14,879 nt of DNA from Pirellulales bacterium. GTDB lineage: Bacteria; Planctomycetota; Planctomycetia; Pirellulales; JALHPA01. The notes beneath the pieces were generated by a model, which was given only the letters and a program-made list of their open reading frames with translations, searched no databases and was not told the DNA's origin. The position numbers and the translations under genes were made by a program. The stretch is from the NCBI GenBank assembly GCA_022842745.1, contig JALHPA010000010.1, positions 1 through 14,879 of the forward strand, written 5' to 3'. Numbering within the stretch: the first letter of the stretch is position 1; each line of letters opens with the position of its first letter. Shown piece by piece: positions 7,632-14,879 of the stretch.

Positions 7632-8909
7632 GTGCCTGTTGTGAAGAAGTGGCTGTTATTAGGTCTGCTGCTGGTTATGGGAGCGGCGGCGTTTGGTTTT
7701 AGTCGTGGCTGGCCCTTCTTCAAGAAAGATCCCGCCAGCCTGTACCGACAGGCGGAAACGACCCGGGGAGAGATCGTATCGGTGGTCAATTCCACCGGCA
7801 CGGTGCAACCGGTCCAAAGCGTGCAAGTTGGGGCATTCGTATCCGGACCCATCCTGCGCTCAAAGGTGGATTTCAACACCGAGGTTAAAGCAGGGCAGGT
7901 AATCGCCGAAATCGATCCCCGGATTTACGAGGCCCACGTCGCCCGCGACGAAGCCTCGCTTGCCCACGCCAAGGCTGAAGTTGTCCGAGTCGAGGCTCTG
8001 CTCGAACAAGCAAAAAACAACAACGATCGAGCCGTGAAGCTTCGCGCGAAAAAGGTCTCATACATCTCCGACGCGGAAATGGACAAGTTTGCGGCCGAAC
8101 GAAAATCGCTCGAAGCCCAAGCGGAGCTAGCGCAAGCGGCCATCAAGCAGGCTGACGCCGCTCTCAAGCTGTCGCGTGCCAATCTGGATTACACGGTTAT
8201 CACCTCGCCGGTGGATGGATTGATCATCGACCGAAAAATCGATCCAGGCCAGACGGTGGCCGCCGCCTTCCAGACGCCGGTCTTGTTTGTGGTTGCGCCA
8301 AATCTGCGGGAAAAAGTCTATGTATATGCGTCCGTTGACGAAGCCGACATCGGACAAATTCGCCGCGCCAAGGACCGGAACGAGCCGGTCGCGTTCACCG
8401 TGGACGCCTATCCCGACGATCTATTCACGGGCACGATCTTCCAGATCCGCCTCAACCCCACGACGACCAACAACGTGGTCACCTACACCGTCGTCGTTGG
8501 GGCCAGCAATCCGGAATTGAAGCTGCTGCCAGGAATGACGGCCAGCTTGTCATTTCAAATCGAGCGGCACCCCAACGTCATCAAAGTCCCCAACGCGGCG
8601 CTGCGTTTCTATCCCAAACCGGAACAAGTTCACGAACGATACCGAGATCTTTTGGAGGGTATCGAGGACGCCTTACCCACAGCGGCAACGGATACCGCAG
8701 CCGACCGGCAAAGCGCCACCGAGAAGGCCGCCGCCGCTCGCAATCGCAATCGCCGGCACGTGTGGAAACTGGACGGCGATCGACTATCCGCGGTCGAGGT
8801 GTACACCGGGCTCAGTGACAGCCAGTACACGGAGCTTGTCTCAGGAGATCTCGTCGCTGGCCAGAAGTTGGTCATTGGGATCAAGCCTCCCACCTCAGCG
8901 AGCAATTGA
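7632..8909 (+). CDS. efflux transporter periplasmic adaptor subunit (HlyD/MFP family), membrane-anchored
   Basis: N-terminal TM anchor [19 protein letters not shown]. Typical MFP beta-strand, lipoyl and coiled-coil hairpin pattern ([17 protein letters not shown]...AEIDP; long Ala/Glu/Lys coiled coil; ITSPVDGLI). GTG start at 7632, or at 7641. Confidence 0.75.
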   Translation: MPVVKKWLLLGLLLVMGAAAFGFSRGWPFFKKDPASLYRQAETTRGEIVSVVNSTGTVQPVQSVQVGAFVSGPILRSKVDFNTEVKAGQVIAEIDPRIYEAHVARDEASLAHAKAEVVRVEALLEQAKNNNDRAVKLRAKKVSYISDAEMDKFAAERKSLEAQAELAQAAIKQADAALKLSRANLDYTVITSPVDGLIIDRKIDPGQTVAAAFQTPVLFVVAPNLREKVYVYASVDEADIGQIRRAKDRNEPVAFTVDAYPDDLFTGTIFQIRLNPTTTNNVVTYTVVVGASNPELKLLPGMTASLSFQIERHPNVIKVPNAALRFYPKPEQVHERYRDLLEGIEDALPTAATDTAADRQSATEKAAAARNRNRRHVWKLDGDRLSAVEVYTGLSDSQYTELVSGDLVAGQKLVIGIKPPTSASN

Positions 8910-8976
8910 TTCGGCGCCGCTTTCTTTGGGCAGATTTGGAGAAAGCTCGCCTCCTGGGTATGGTTTCGGCGCTCAC

Positions 8977-10791
8977 ATGAAATCCCATTACGACTTCGAC
9001 ATTCTGGTAATTGGGGCCGGTCACGCCGGTGTCGAAGCGGCGGTTGCAGCGGCTCGACTCGGAGCGCGGACTGCGTTGCTGACCGCGAATTGCGACACCG
9101 TGGCCCAGATGAGTTGCAATCCTGCCATCGGCGGCGTCGCAAAGGGGCAAATCGTGCGCGAGATTGATGCGCTCGGCGGAGTCATGGGGCAGGCGATCGA
9201 TGCGACCGGCATCCAGTTTCGCTTGCTCAACCGCCGCAAGGGACCGGCCATGCATAGCCCCCGGGCCCAGGCTGACAAAAAGGCCTATCAGTTCGAGGTC
9301 AAACGCCTGGTTGAAGAGCAGTCCAACCTTACGCTCCGGCAAGAGTCCGTCGAGGACTTGCTCGTCGAGTCGGCCCCCGACCGTCTCCGGATCGCCGGCG
9401 TCCGCGTCCGAGGCGACGCCATGTATCGGGCCCGGGCCGTCATCCTGACCACCGGTACGTTTCTCCAGGCCATCATGCATACAGGAGAAAGTAAAACTGC
9501 CGGCGGTCGCGCCGGCGATGGAACCACGGCCGGCATCTCGGCAGCTTTGCTTAGGCTGGGACTTGAGTTGGCTCGATTTAAGACTGGAACCCCAGCACGA
9601 CTGAACGGTCGCACCATCGATTATTCAAAGACGGAGATCCAGCCTGGAGACGACGAACCGCAGCCGTTTTCCTTCCTGTCTGATGTTTTGCCGGCTCCGC
9701 AGCTTCCCTGTTGGATCACCTACACCACTCCCGCGGTTCATGATTTGATTCGTGCCAATTTGCATCGCGCCCCGATGTACAGCGGTCAGATACAGTCCCG
9801 AGGACCGCGGTACTGCCCGTCCATCGAAGACAAGGTTGTTCGCTTTGCGGACAAAGATCGGCACCAGCTCTTCCTGGAACCGGAAGGTCGCAACACGCAT
9901 GAGGTCTACGTCAACGGCATCTCGACCAGCCTTCCCCGGGATGTTCAGGACGGGATGCTGCGACTCATTCCCGGGCTCGAGCGGGCGGAGATCATGCGTT
10001 ATGGTTACGCGGTGGAGTACGACTATGCTCCTCCGCAGCAGCTTTGGCCCACCTTGGAATCGAAAGGCGTAGCGGGCCTGTACTTCGCCGGCCAGATCAA
10101 CGGAACCACCGGCTACGAAGAGGCCGCCGCACAGGGTCTGATCGCCGGATTGAATGCGGCGCTCCATCGTCGCGGAGACGAGCCGTTGGTTCTCGGACGC
10201 GAGCAGGCGTACATTGGCGTGCTGATCGATGATTTGGTAACTCGGGGCGTGGATGAACCGTACCGCATGTTCACCAGCCGGGCGGAGTTCCGTCTTTCGT
10301 TGCGACAGGACAACGCCGATCGCCGTCTGACGCCCTTGGGCCGGAAAATAGGGCTCGTTGACGAGAAACGTTGGTCGCGCTTTCAAAGCAAAATCGAACA
10401 AATTGACCGCGTGACGGAATTCCTCCGCACGACGCGCCATGGCGACATTTCCTTGCAACGGCGTTTGCAGCGCACGGAGATTTGCTGGGATGACTTGGCG
10501 AATGAGGTTCCGGCGCTTCGCACAGTCTCAAAAGAAGTGGCTTGCCAGATTGAGTACGATACCAAGTACGCCGGATACGTCGCCCGCCAGGAACTCGATG
10601 TTGAGCGCCAGCGTCGGTTTGCCGACCGACGAATTCCCGCGACCTTCGACTTCTCCCGTCTTGGTCACTTACGGGCAGAAGCCCGCGAGAAGCTCTCCCG
10701 GGTGCGGCCGCTTACCCTTGCGCAGGCAGGCCGCATCAGCGGCATCACGCCGGCGGACGTAGCCGTTCTCATGCTCCATTTGGATGGCTGA
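8977..10791 (+). CDS. mnmG: tRNA uridine-5-carboxymethylaminomethyl(34) synthesis enzyme MnmG (GidA)
   Basis: [36 protein letters not shown]...[24 protein letters not shown] is the canonical FAD-binding MnmG N-terminus. The 604-aa length is typical. The track ORF from 8815 has an N-terminal extension not supported by homology. Confidence 0.9.
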   Translation: MKSHYDFDILVIGAGHAGVEAAVAAARLGARTALLTANCDTVAQMSCNPAIGGVAKGQIVREIDALGGVMGQAIDATGIQFRLLNRRKGPAMHSPRAQADKKAYQFEVKRLVEEQSNLTLRQESVEDLLVESAPDRLRIAGVRVRGDAMYRARAVILTTGTFLQAIMHTGESKTAGGRAGDGTTAGISAALLRLGLELARFKTGTPARLNGRTIDYSKTEIQPGDDEPQPFSFLSDVLPAPQLPCWITYTTPAVHDLIRANLHRAPMYSGQIQSRGPRYCPSIEDKVVRFADKDRHQLFLEPEGRNTHEVYVNGISTSLPRDVQDGMLRLIPGLERAEIMRYGYAVEYDYAPPQQLWPTLESKGVAGLYFAGQINGTTGYEEAAAQGLIAGLNAALHRRGDEPLVLGREQAYIGVLIDDLVTRGVDEPYRMFTSRAEFRLSLRQDNADRRLTPLGRKIGLVDEKRWSRFQSKIEQIDRVTEFLRTTRHGDISLQRRLQRTEICWDDLANEVPALRTVSKEVACQIEYDTKYAGYVARQELDVERQRRFADRRIPATFDFSRLGHLRAEAREKLSRVRPLTLAQAGRISGITPADVAVLMLHLDG

Positions 10792-10847
10792 GGCGATACC
10801 GCGCCGACGGTCGAGCGGGTGGGAACACCGCTCGGCGGCGCTTGCCA

Positions 10848-11426
10848 CTATCCAAAGTAATCCGGCTCGGCCCCTTTCCGCCATTTGATGTTGCAACCAA
10901 TGCTCGGCTTTTGATCCGCAAACACCGGACTGCCGGCCAGAACCGCATCCATGGCCCGGCGTAAGTCGTGACCTGTGACCGGAACGCCAGAATTGGGTCG
11001 ACTCCCGTCGAATTGACCGCGATAGACCAGTTTTTGTTGCTGATCGAACACGTAGAAATCCGGGGTGCATGCGGCGCGGTAGGCCTTGGCGACTTCCTGC
11101 GTCTCGTCGTACAAATAAGGGAAGGTGTATCCGCGATCGTCGACCTCATGCACCATCTGTTCCGGAGAGTCCGCGGGATGGGTCGATACATCGTTCGAAC
11201 TGATCCCGACGACTGCGGCGCCCCGCGCTTGGTATTCCCTCGCGAAGCGCGCCAGTTCGGCCGCCACGTGCTTGACGTACGGGCAGTGATTGCACATGAA
11301 AATTACCAGCAGCGCAGGTGCGCCGGGGAACTGCTCCAGACTTACGGTCGAACCGTCGACATTCGGCAGCGAAAACGGCGGGGCTTGCGTGCCCAAGGGG
11401 AGCATGGTGCTTGGTGTGAGGACCAC
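10848..11426 (-). CDS. thioredoxin-fold thiol-disulfide oxidoreductase (AhpC/TSA-redoxin-like family protein)
   Basis: CNHCPYV CxxC motif. The conserved family pattern runs LPLGTxAPxFSLP...FMCNHCPYVKHV...YDETQEVAKAY...CTPDFYVFD...SIGCNIKW. GTG start at 11426 with GGAG 7 nt upstream. An alternative start is ATG 11405. Confidence 0.8.
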   Translation of the reverse strand: MVLTPSTMLPLGTQAPPFSLPNVDGSTVSLEQFPGAPALLVIFMCNHCPYVKHVAAELARFAREYQARGAAVVGISSNDVSTHPADSPEQMVHEVDDRGYTFPYLYDETQEVAKAYRAACTPDFYVFDQQQKLVYRGQFDGSRPNSGVPVTGHDLRRAMDAVLAGSPVFADQKPSIGCNIKWRKGAEPDYFG

Positions 11427-11640
11427 GGAGTTCTCCGGTTAATGGAAGGCCTGTACGGCGTCGCTCAAGCGGGTTGGGCGAATTTTAACAGACCTGGCGC
11501 CCCGCGGCCAACCGCCGCAAGCCTCCGCGTGCCGCTGCAAGTCGACCCGGACGGCGGACGCTGGTAGACCGAGAGACAAAATTTGCCGGAGTTTTCAAAA
11601 CAAAATGAGAATCGCCCCGCGCGGCGTTTTGCGTATCGCA

Positions 11641-11666
11641 CCGCCATCAACTAAATTGATAGGCGG
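11641..11666. promoter_or_regulatory. imperfect inverted repeat CCGCCATCAA-ctaaa-TTGAT(a)GGCGG in the divergent intergenic region
   Basis: Arms of 10/11 bp with a 5-nt spacer, about 110 nt upstream of the 11775 start. Candidate dimeric regulator site or RNA hairpin. Confidence 0.25.
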
Positions 11667-11774
11667 AATCGGAGGGTCTGGGGCCGTTGTCTACGTCCAG
11701 GTTGGTGGTTCGGAGCGAATGGGTGTTGCCCCGGCCAAAAGATCGACTTCCATACATGATAGGGAGAACTCAAG

Positions 11775-13214
11775 GTGAGCGAACAATCCATTGAATCGCG
11801 CGGTTCCACGGCCCATGGCCTTTCCCGCCGCCACCTGCTCAAGACCACCGGACTGGCAGCCGCTGCTTCAGCGCTCTCCGGCGTAGCCATCCCTCGAGTA
11901 TTCGCCGCCGAAAACAACACGATTCAGGTGGCGCTCGTCGGCTGCGGAGGGCGCGGTTCCGGCGCCGCTTCCGACGCTCTGTCCACCAAGAGTGGCCCGA
12001 TCAAGTTGGTCGCGATGGCCGATGTCTTCGAGGATCGGCTCCAAATCAGCCACTCCGCCTTGAAATCGCAAAAGGACCAACAGGTCGACGTGCCCGAAGA
12101 TCGGCGCTTTCTCGGCTTTGATTCCTACAAAAAGGCGATGGATTGCCTCAACCCCGGCGACATTGCCATTCTTGCCACTCCACCAGCGTTTCGCTGGGTG
12201 CAGTTCGCTTACGCAATCGAGAAGGGCTTGAATGTCTTCATGGAAAAGCCCGTTACCGTCGATGGGCCGAGCACTCGGCGGATGCTCAAGCTTGGGGAAG
12301 AATCGGTCAAGAAGAACCTCAAGGTTGGCGTTGGCCTGATGTGCCGCCATTGCCCTGCCCGCGGTGAATTGCGCAAGCGGATTGCCGACGGAGAAATGGG
12401 GGACCTTCTCTTACTGCGGGCCTATCGTATCGCCGGCCCCACGGCCAGCGCGTTTACGCCGCTCAAACCGAAGGGCCCCAACGAAAGCTTTACCGGCCGC
12501 AAAGCGGAGGACATGAACGACCTGGCCTACCAGATTCGCAATTTCCATTCGTTCCTGTGGCTGAGTGGGGGCGCCTTTAGCGACTTCCTGATCCACAATA
12601 TTGACGAGTGCTGTTGGATGAAGGATGCCTGGCCAGTGCAGGCCCTGGGCTTCGGCGGACGCCATTACCGCGGCGATTATATCGACCAGAATTTCGACAC
12701 CTACACCACGGAATACACCTTCGCCGACGGCACAAAACTGATGCTGGAAGGCCGCTGCATGACCGGCTGTTACCAGGAATTTGCCAGTTTTGCTCACGGC
12801 ACCAAAGGCGCCGCGGTGGTATCGACGTCCGGTCACTGGCCGTCCCGCGCCAAGATCTACAACGGGCAAAAAATGTCACGAGACAAGATCGCCTGGCAGT
12901 TTGGACCCGAACGCCCAGAGCACAATCCATACCAGGTCGAATGGGACGATTTGGTCTCCGCGGTGCGCAACGATACGCCCTATAACGAAGTGAAGCGCGG
13001 CGCTGAGGCGAGCCTGGTCACCGCCATGGGACGAATGGCCTGTCACACTGGCCAGGTCGTCAAATTCGACGAAATGCTCAACCACGACCATGAACTGGGC
13101 CCCACCGTCGACAAGTTGACGATGGATGGACCGTCGCCATTGATGCCCGATGGAGCTGGAAAATACCCGGTTCCGCAACCAGGAATCGTGACCAGCCGCG
13201 AATTCACCGCGTGA
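11775..13214 (+). CDS. Gfo/Idh/MocA-family NAD(P)-dependent oxidoreductase with twin-arginine (TAT) signal peptide
   Basis: SRRHLLKTTGLAAAASALSGVAIPRVFAAENN is a TAT signal. VALVGCGGRGSGAASDAL is a Rossmann GxGxxG motif. The EKP motif (FMEKPV) is typical of this family. GTG start with AGGGAGAA 8 nt upstream. Confidence 0.85.
   Translation: MSEQSIESRGSTAHGLSRRHLLKTTGLAAAASALSGVAIPRVFAAENNTIQVALVGCGGRGSGAASDALSTKSGPIKLVAMADVFEDRLQISHSALKSQKDQQVDVPEDRRFLGFDSYKKAMDCLNPGDIAILATPPAFRWVQFAYAIEKGLNVFMEKPVTVDGPSTRRMLKLGEESVKKNLKVGVGLMCRHCPARGELRKRIADGEMGDLLLLRAYRIAGPTASAFTPLKPKGPNESFTGRKAEDMNDLAYQIRNFHSFLWLSGGAFSDFLIHNIDECCWMKDAWPVQALGFGGRHYRGDYIDQNFDTYTTEYTFADGTKLMLEGRCMTGCYQEFASFAHGTKGAAVVSTSGHWPSRAKIYNGQKMSRDKIAWQFGPERPEHNPYQVEWDDLVSAVRNDTPYNEVKRGAEASLVTAMGRMACHTGQVVKFDEMLNHDHELGPTVDKLTMDGPSPLMPDGAGKYPVPQPGIVTSREFTA
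11823..11843 (+). other. twin-arginine motif S-R-R-H-L-L-K
   Basis: Read directly from the translation. Confidence 0.6.
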
Positions 13215-13230
13215 TTGAATGGCAACGTCG

Positions 13231-13266
13231 GTTTGGCGGAGCGCACCGTTTTGCGCTCCGCCAGAC
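13231..13266 (+). terminator. strong stem-loop (15 bp, including one G-U pair) immediately after the oxidoreductase gene, without a U-tract
   Basis: GTTTGGCGGAGCGCA (13231-13245) pairs with TGCGCTCCGCCAGAC (13252-13266) around a 6-nt loop ccgttt. It starts 17 nt after stop 13214. No T-run follows on either strand, so it is a factor-dependent or structure-only terminator, or an rpsA leader element. Confidence 0.4.
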
Positions 13267-13388
13267 TATCGCCGCAAGGACAAGTGGAGTAACTTGAACG
13301 GCCGGTGAATGCCATGCGGTGGGAGCGGGCGTCTCGTCCGCCGCTTGTACCCAACGACCTTTGTTTGCCGAGTTATTTTGAGGAATTC

Positions 13389-14879
13389 ATGCCGACCGAT
13401 CCGCAGGACGCCGCACAGCTTCCAGCCAGGCAGCTTACGACCGTTTCTTCCGCCCCGGAACAACCCGTTCAGCATTCTGCCGCCGGCGACCCGTCCAACG
13501 TCACCTCTCCCAGTTCACAAGGAGACGAAGCCCAACGCCGGCGAATCAAGATCGGCACCCAGCGACCCGGCATCGCTCCTCCTAAGCTGCCTCCTCGGAC
13601 TCAAACCCGGTTTAGCACACCCCCTCCGACGCCGCTTGGCGGTACGGTTTCCCTTCCGCCGCCCGCGGCGCGGGAACAGACTCCACTTCACGGAACTGCG
13701 CCCGCCCCGCTCGACGGATCCGCCACCGCTCCTGCTCCGCCAATTCCCGATTCGGCGTCTCTACCGGTCGCGACGTCAGCCGAGGAAGCGCCAGCGAGGG
13801 CAAATCCGTCCCCGGACTTGGCCGCCGATTTGCGTCCTCGGCCTGCTCCATTGGCCTCCTCCAACGCCCCGAAGCGGGAGTCGTACCCTCCCACCGGCCC
13901 CAAGATCGAGCCGCCGAATCTCCGGAATGCCCTCTCCGAGGATCTCGAGCGCGAGTTGGCGGAATCGTTGGGCGACCTGTCGCTGGAAGAGGTGCTGAAC
14001 CAGGATCAGCGTGGCAAGCATGCGGGCGCTCTCTTGGAATCCGATTCCCGCCACAAAGCGCGCGTCCTGCGTGTGTATCGCGACAACGTGTTTGTGGAAC
14101 TGGCCGGACTGGCTCAAGGGGCGCTTCCGGTCATGCAGTTCGCCGAACCTCCCGCCACGGGGGCGCTGCTCGATGTTTCGGTCGTTCGCTACAACCAGGA
14201 AGATGGACTGTACGAACTCTCTTTGCCTTCTGCCGCGGCGGCGGTCGGGGACTGGTCGTCCGTGGCTGAAGGGATGACGGTTGAGGCCCGCGTGACGGGA
14301 CACAACAAGGGTGGCTTGGAATGCGATGTCAGCAATCTTCGCGGCTTCATTCCCGCCAGCCAGGCGTCCCTTTATCGAGTAGAGGATTTATCGCAGTTCG
14401 TCGGCCAGCGATTCAACTGCATCATCACCGAAGCCAATCCGGATAAACGCAATCTTGTCCTTAGCCGCCGCGCCGTCCTGGAACGGGAGCAGGCGGAAGC
14501 GAAGGAAAAACTAATCGCTGAACTGGCCGAAGGCCAGGAACGAGAGGGAGTCGTGCGCAGCCTGCGGGATTTTGGCGCGTTCGTCGATCTGGGGGGCGTC
14601 GACGGAATGCTGCATGTCAGCCAGTTGAGTTGGCAGCGGGTCAAACACCCCAGCGAGGTCCTGCAGGTCGGGCAGCAGATTAAAGTCAAAATCCAGAAGA
14701 TCGATCCTGCGACGGGAAAGATCAGCCTGTCTTACCGGGATCAGTTCGAAAATCCTTGGAAGACCGCGGCCGTGCGGTATCCGGTGACTGCGACGGTCTC
14801 TGGCGAGGTGGCCAAGATCATGGACTTCGGCGCGTTTGTGCGCGTCGAACCTGGCATTGAGGGGCTGGTGCATATTTCC
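13389..14879 (+). CDS. rpsA: 30S ribosomal protein S1, 3'-truncated by the window end, with roughly 185-230 aa Pro/Ala/Ser-rich N-terminal extension
   Basis: Frame 0 is open from ATG 13389 to the window end and is absent from the ORF track because there is no in-window stop. Translation contains S1 domains: GVVRSLRDFGAFVDLGGVDGMLHVSQLSWQRVKHPSEVLQVGQQIKVKIQKIDPATGKISLSYRD and TVSGEVAKIMDFGAFVRVEPGIEGLVHIS. AGGA lies 4 nt before the ATG. The start within the extension is uncertain. Confidence 0.8.
   Translation, partial: MPTDPQDAAQLPARQLTTVSSAPEQPVQHSAAGDPSNVTSPSSQGDEAQRRRIKIGTQRPGIAPPKLPPRTQTRFSTPPPTPLGGTVSLPPPAAREQTPLHGTAPAPLDGSATAPAPPIPDSASLPVATSAEEAPARANPSPDLAADLRPRPAPLASSNAPKRESYPPTGPKIEPPNLRNALSEDLERELAESLGDLSLEEVLNQDQRGKHAGALLESDSRHKARVLRVYRDNVFVELAGLAQGALPVMQFAEPPATGALLDVSVVRYNQEDGLYELSLPSAAAAVGDWSSVAEGMTVEARVTGHNKGGLECDVSNLRGFIPASQASLYRVEDLSQFVGQRFNCIITEANPDKRNLVLSRRAVLEREQAEAKEKLIAELAEGQEREGVVRSLRDFGAFVDLGGVDGMLHVSQLSWQRVKHPSEVLQVGQQIKVKIQKIDPATGKISLSYRDQFENPWKTAAVRYPVTATVSGEVAKIMDFGAFVRVEPGIEGLVHIS

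Noticed and set aside
8815-8976. N-terminal 54-codon extension of the mnmG ORF in the track
   Set aside because: Canonical MnmG begins at [18 protein letters not shown] (ATG 8977). The extension overlaps the adaptor gene's 3' end and has no homology support.
9625-10458. 277-aa and 199-aa minus-strand ORFs antisense to mnmG
   Set aside because: mnmG on the + strand is unambiguous, and the antisense ORFs are composition artefacts.
11465-11920. 61-aa and 89-aa minus-strand ORFs in the divergent intergenic region and oxidoreductase 5' end
   Set aside because: They are short, lack start context, and are Ala/Arg-rich shadow frames. The region is better explained as promoter/operator DNA.
13309-13998. 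229-aa + strand ORF (PCGGSGRLVRRL...) and several 70-175-aa minus-strand ORFs over 13600-14870
   Set aside because: They are alternate-frame and antisense shadows of the Pro/Ala-rich, GC-rich rpsA 5' region. The translations are Arg/Pro/Ser low-complexity. Frame 0 carries unmistakable S1-domain homology.
1-14879. CRISPR arrays, tRNA/rRNA genes, IS/transposase or integrase genes
   Set aside because: I scanned intergenic regions for tandem direct repeats with unique spacers, tRNA T-loop (GGTTCGA-like) motifs and transposase-like ORFs and found none. Intergenic spaces are at most 350 bp.

Overview
This 14.9 kb window is high-GC (roughly 60-65%) bacterial chromosomal DNA with a visibly AT-rich island at about 3340-3470. 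Coding density is high: 12 protein-coding genes, 11 on the + strand and 1 on the - strand. It contains no rRNA, tRNA, CRISPR array, transposase or integrase. I read it as an ordinary chromosomal neighbourhood with a few unusual architectures, not a mobile island. In order, the genes are: (1) a 5'-truncated alpha/beta-hydrolase; (2) ruvX/yqgF; (3) a 170-aa coiled-coil hypothetical protein; (4) an SPFH/Band-7 protein with a Gly/Met-rich linker and a YbjN-like C-terminal domain; (5) a small secreted PEP-CTERM (exosortase-sorted) protein; (6) a 953-aa secreted TPR protein carrying a gluzincin-type HEFVH motif; (7) a MazG-like NTP pyrophosphohydrolase with a Cys-rich tail; (8) an orphan RND/HlyD-type periplasmic adaptor; (9) mnmG (gidA); (10) a thioredoxin-fold CxxC protein on the - strand; (11) a TAT-signal Gfo/Idh/MocA oxidoreductase; (12) the 5' part of rpsA (ribosomal protein S1) with a long Pro/Ala-rich N-terminal extension. 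Gene 12 runs off the window edge and is therefore absent from the supplied ORF track. Several genes use GTG or TTG starts and have weak or absent Shine-Dalgarno sequences. Planctomycetota origin is an inference from four features: PEP-CTERM sorting, a TAT Gfo/Idh/MocA oxidoreductase, the S1 N-terminal extension, and SD-poor starts. Most long antisense and alternate-frame ORFs in the track are stop-poor artefacts of GC-rich coding sequence. The best candidates for something undescribed are the SPFH-YbjN fusion with its upstream coiled-coil partner, and the PEP-CTERM / TPR-zincin / MazG-Cys trio.
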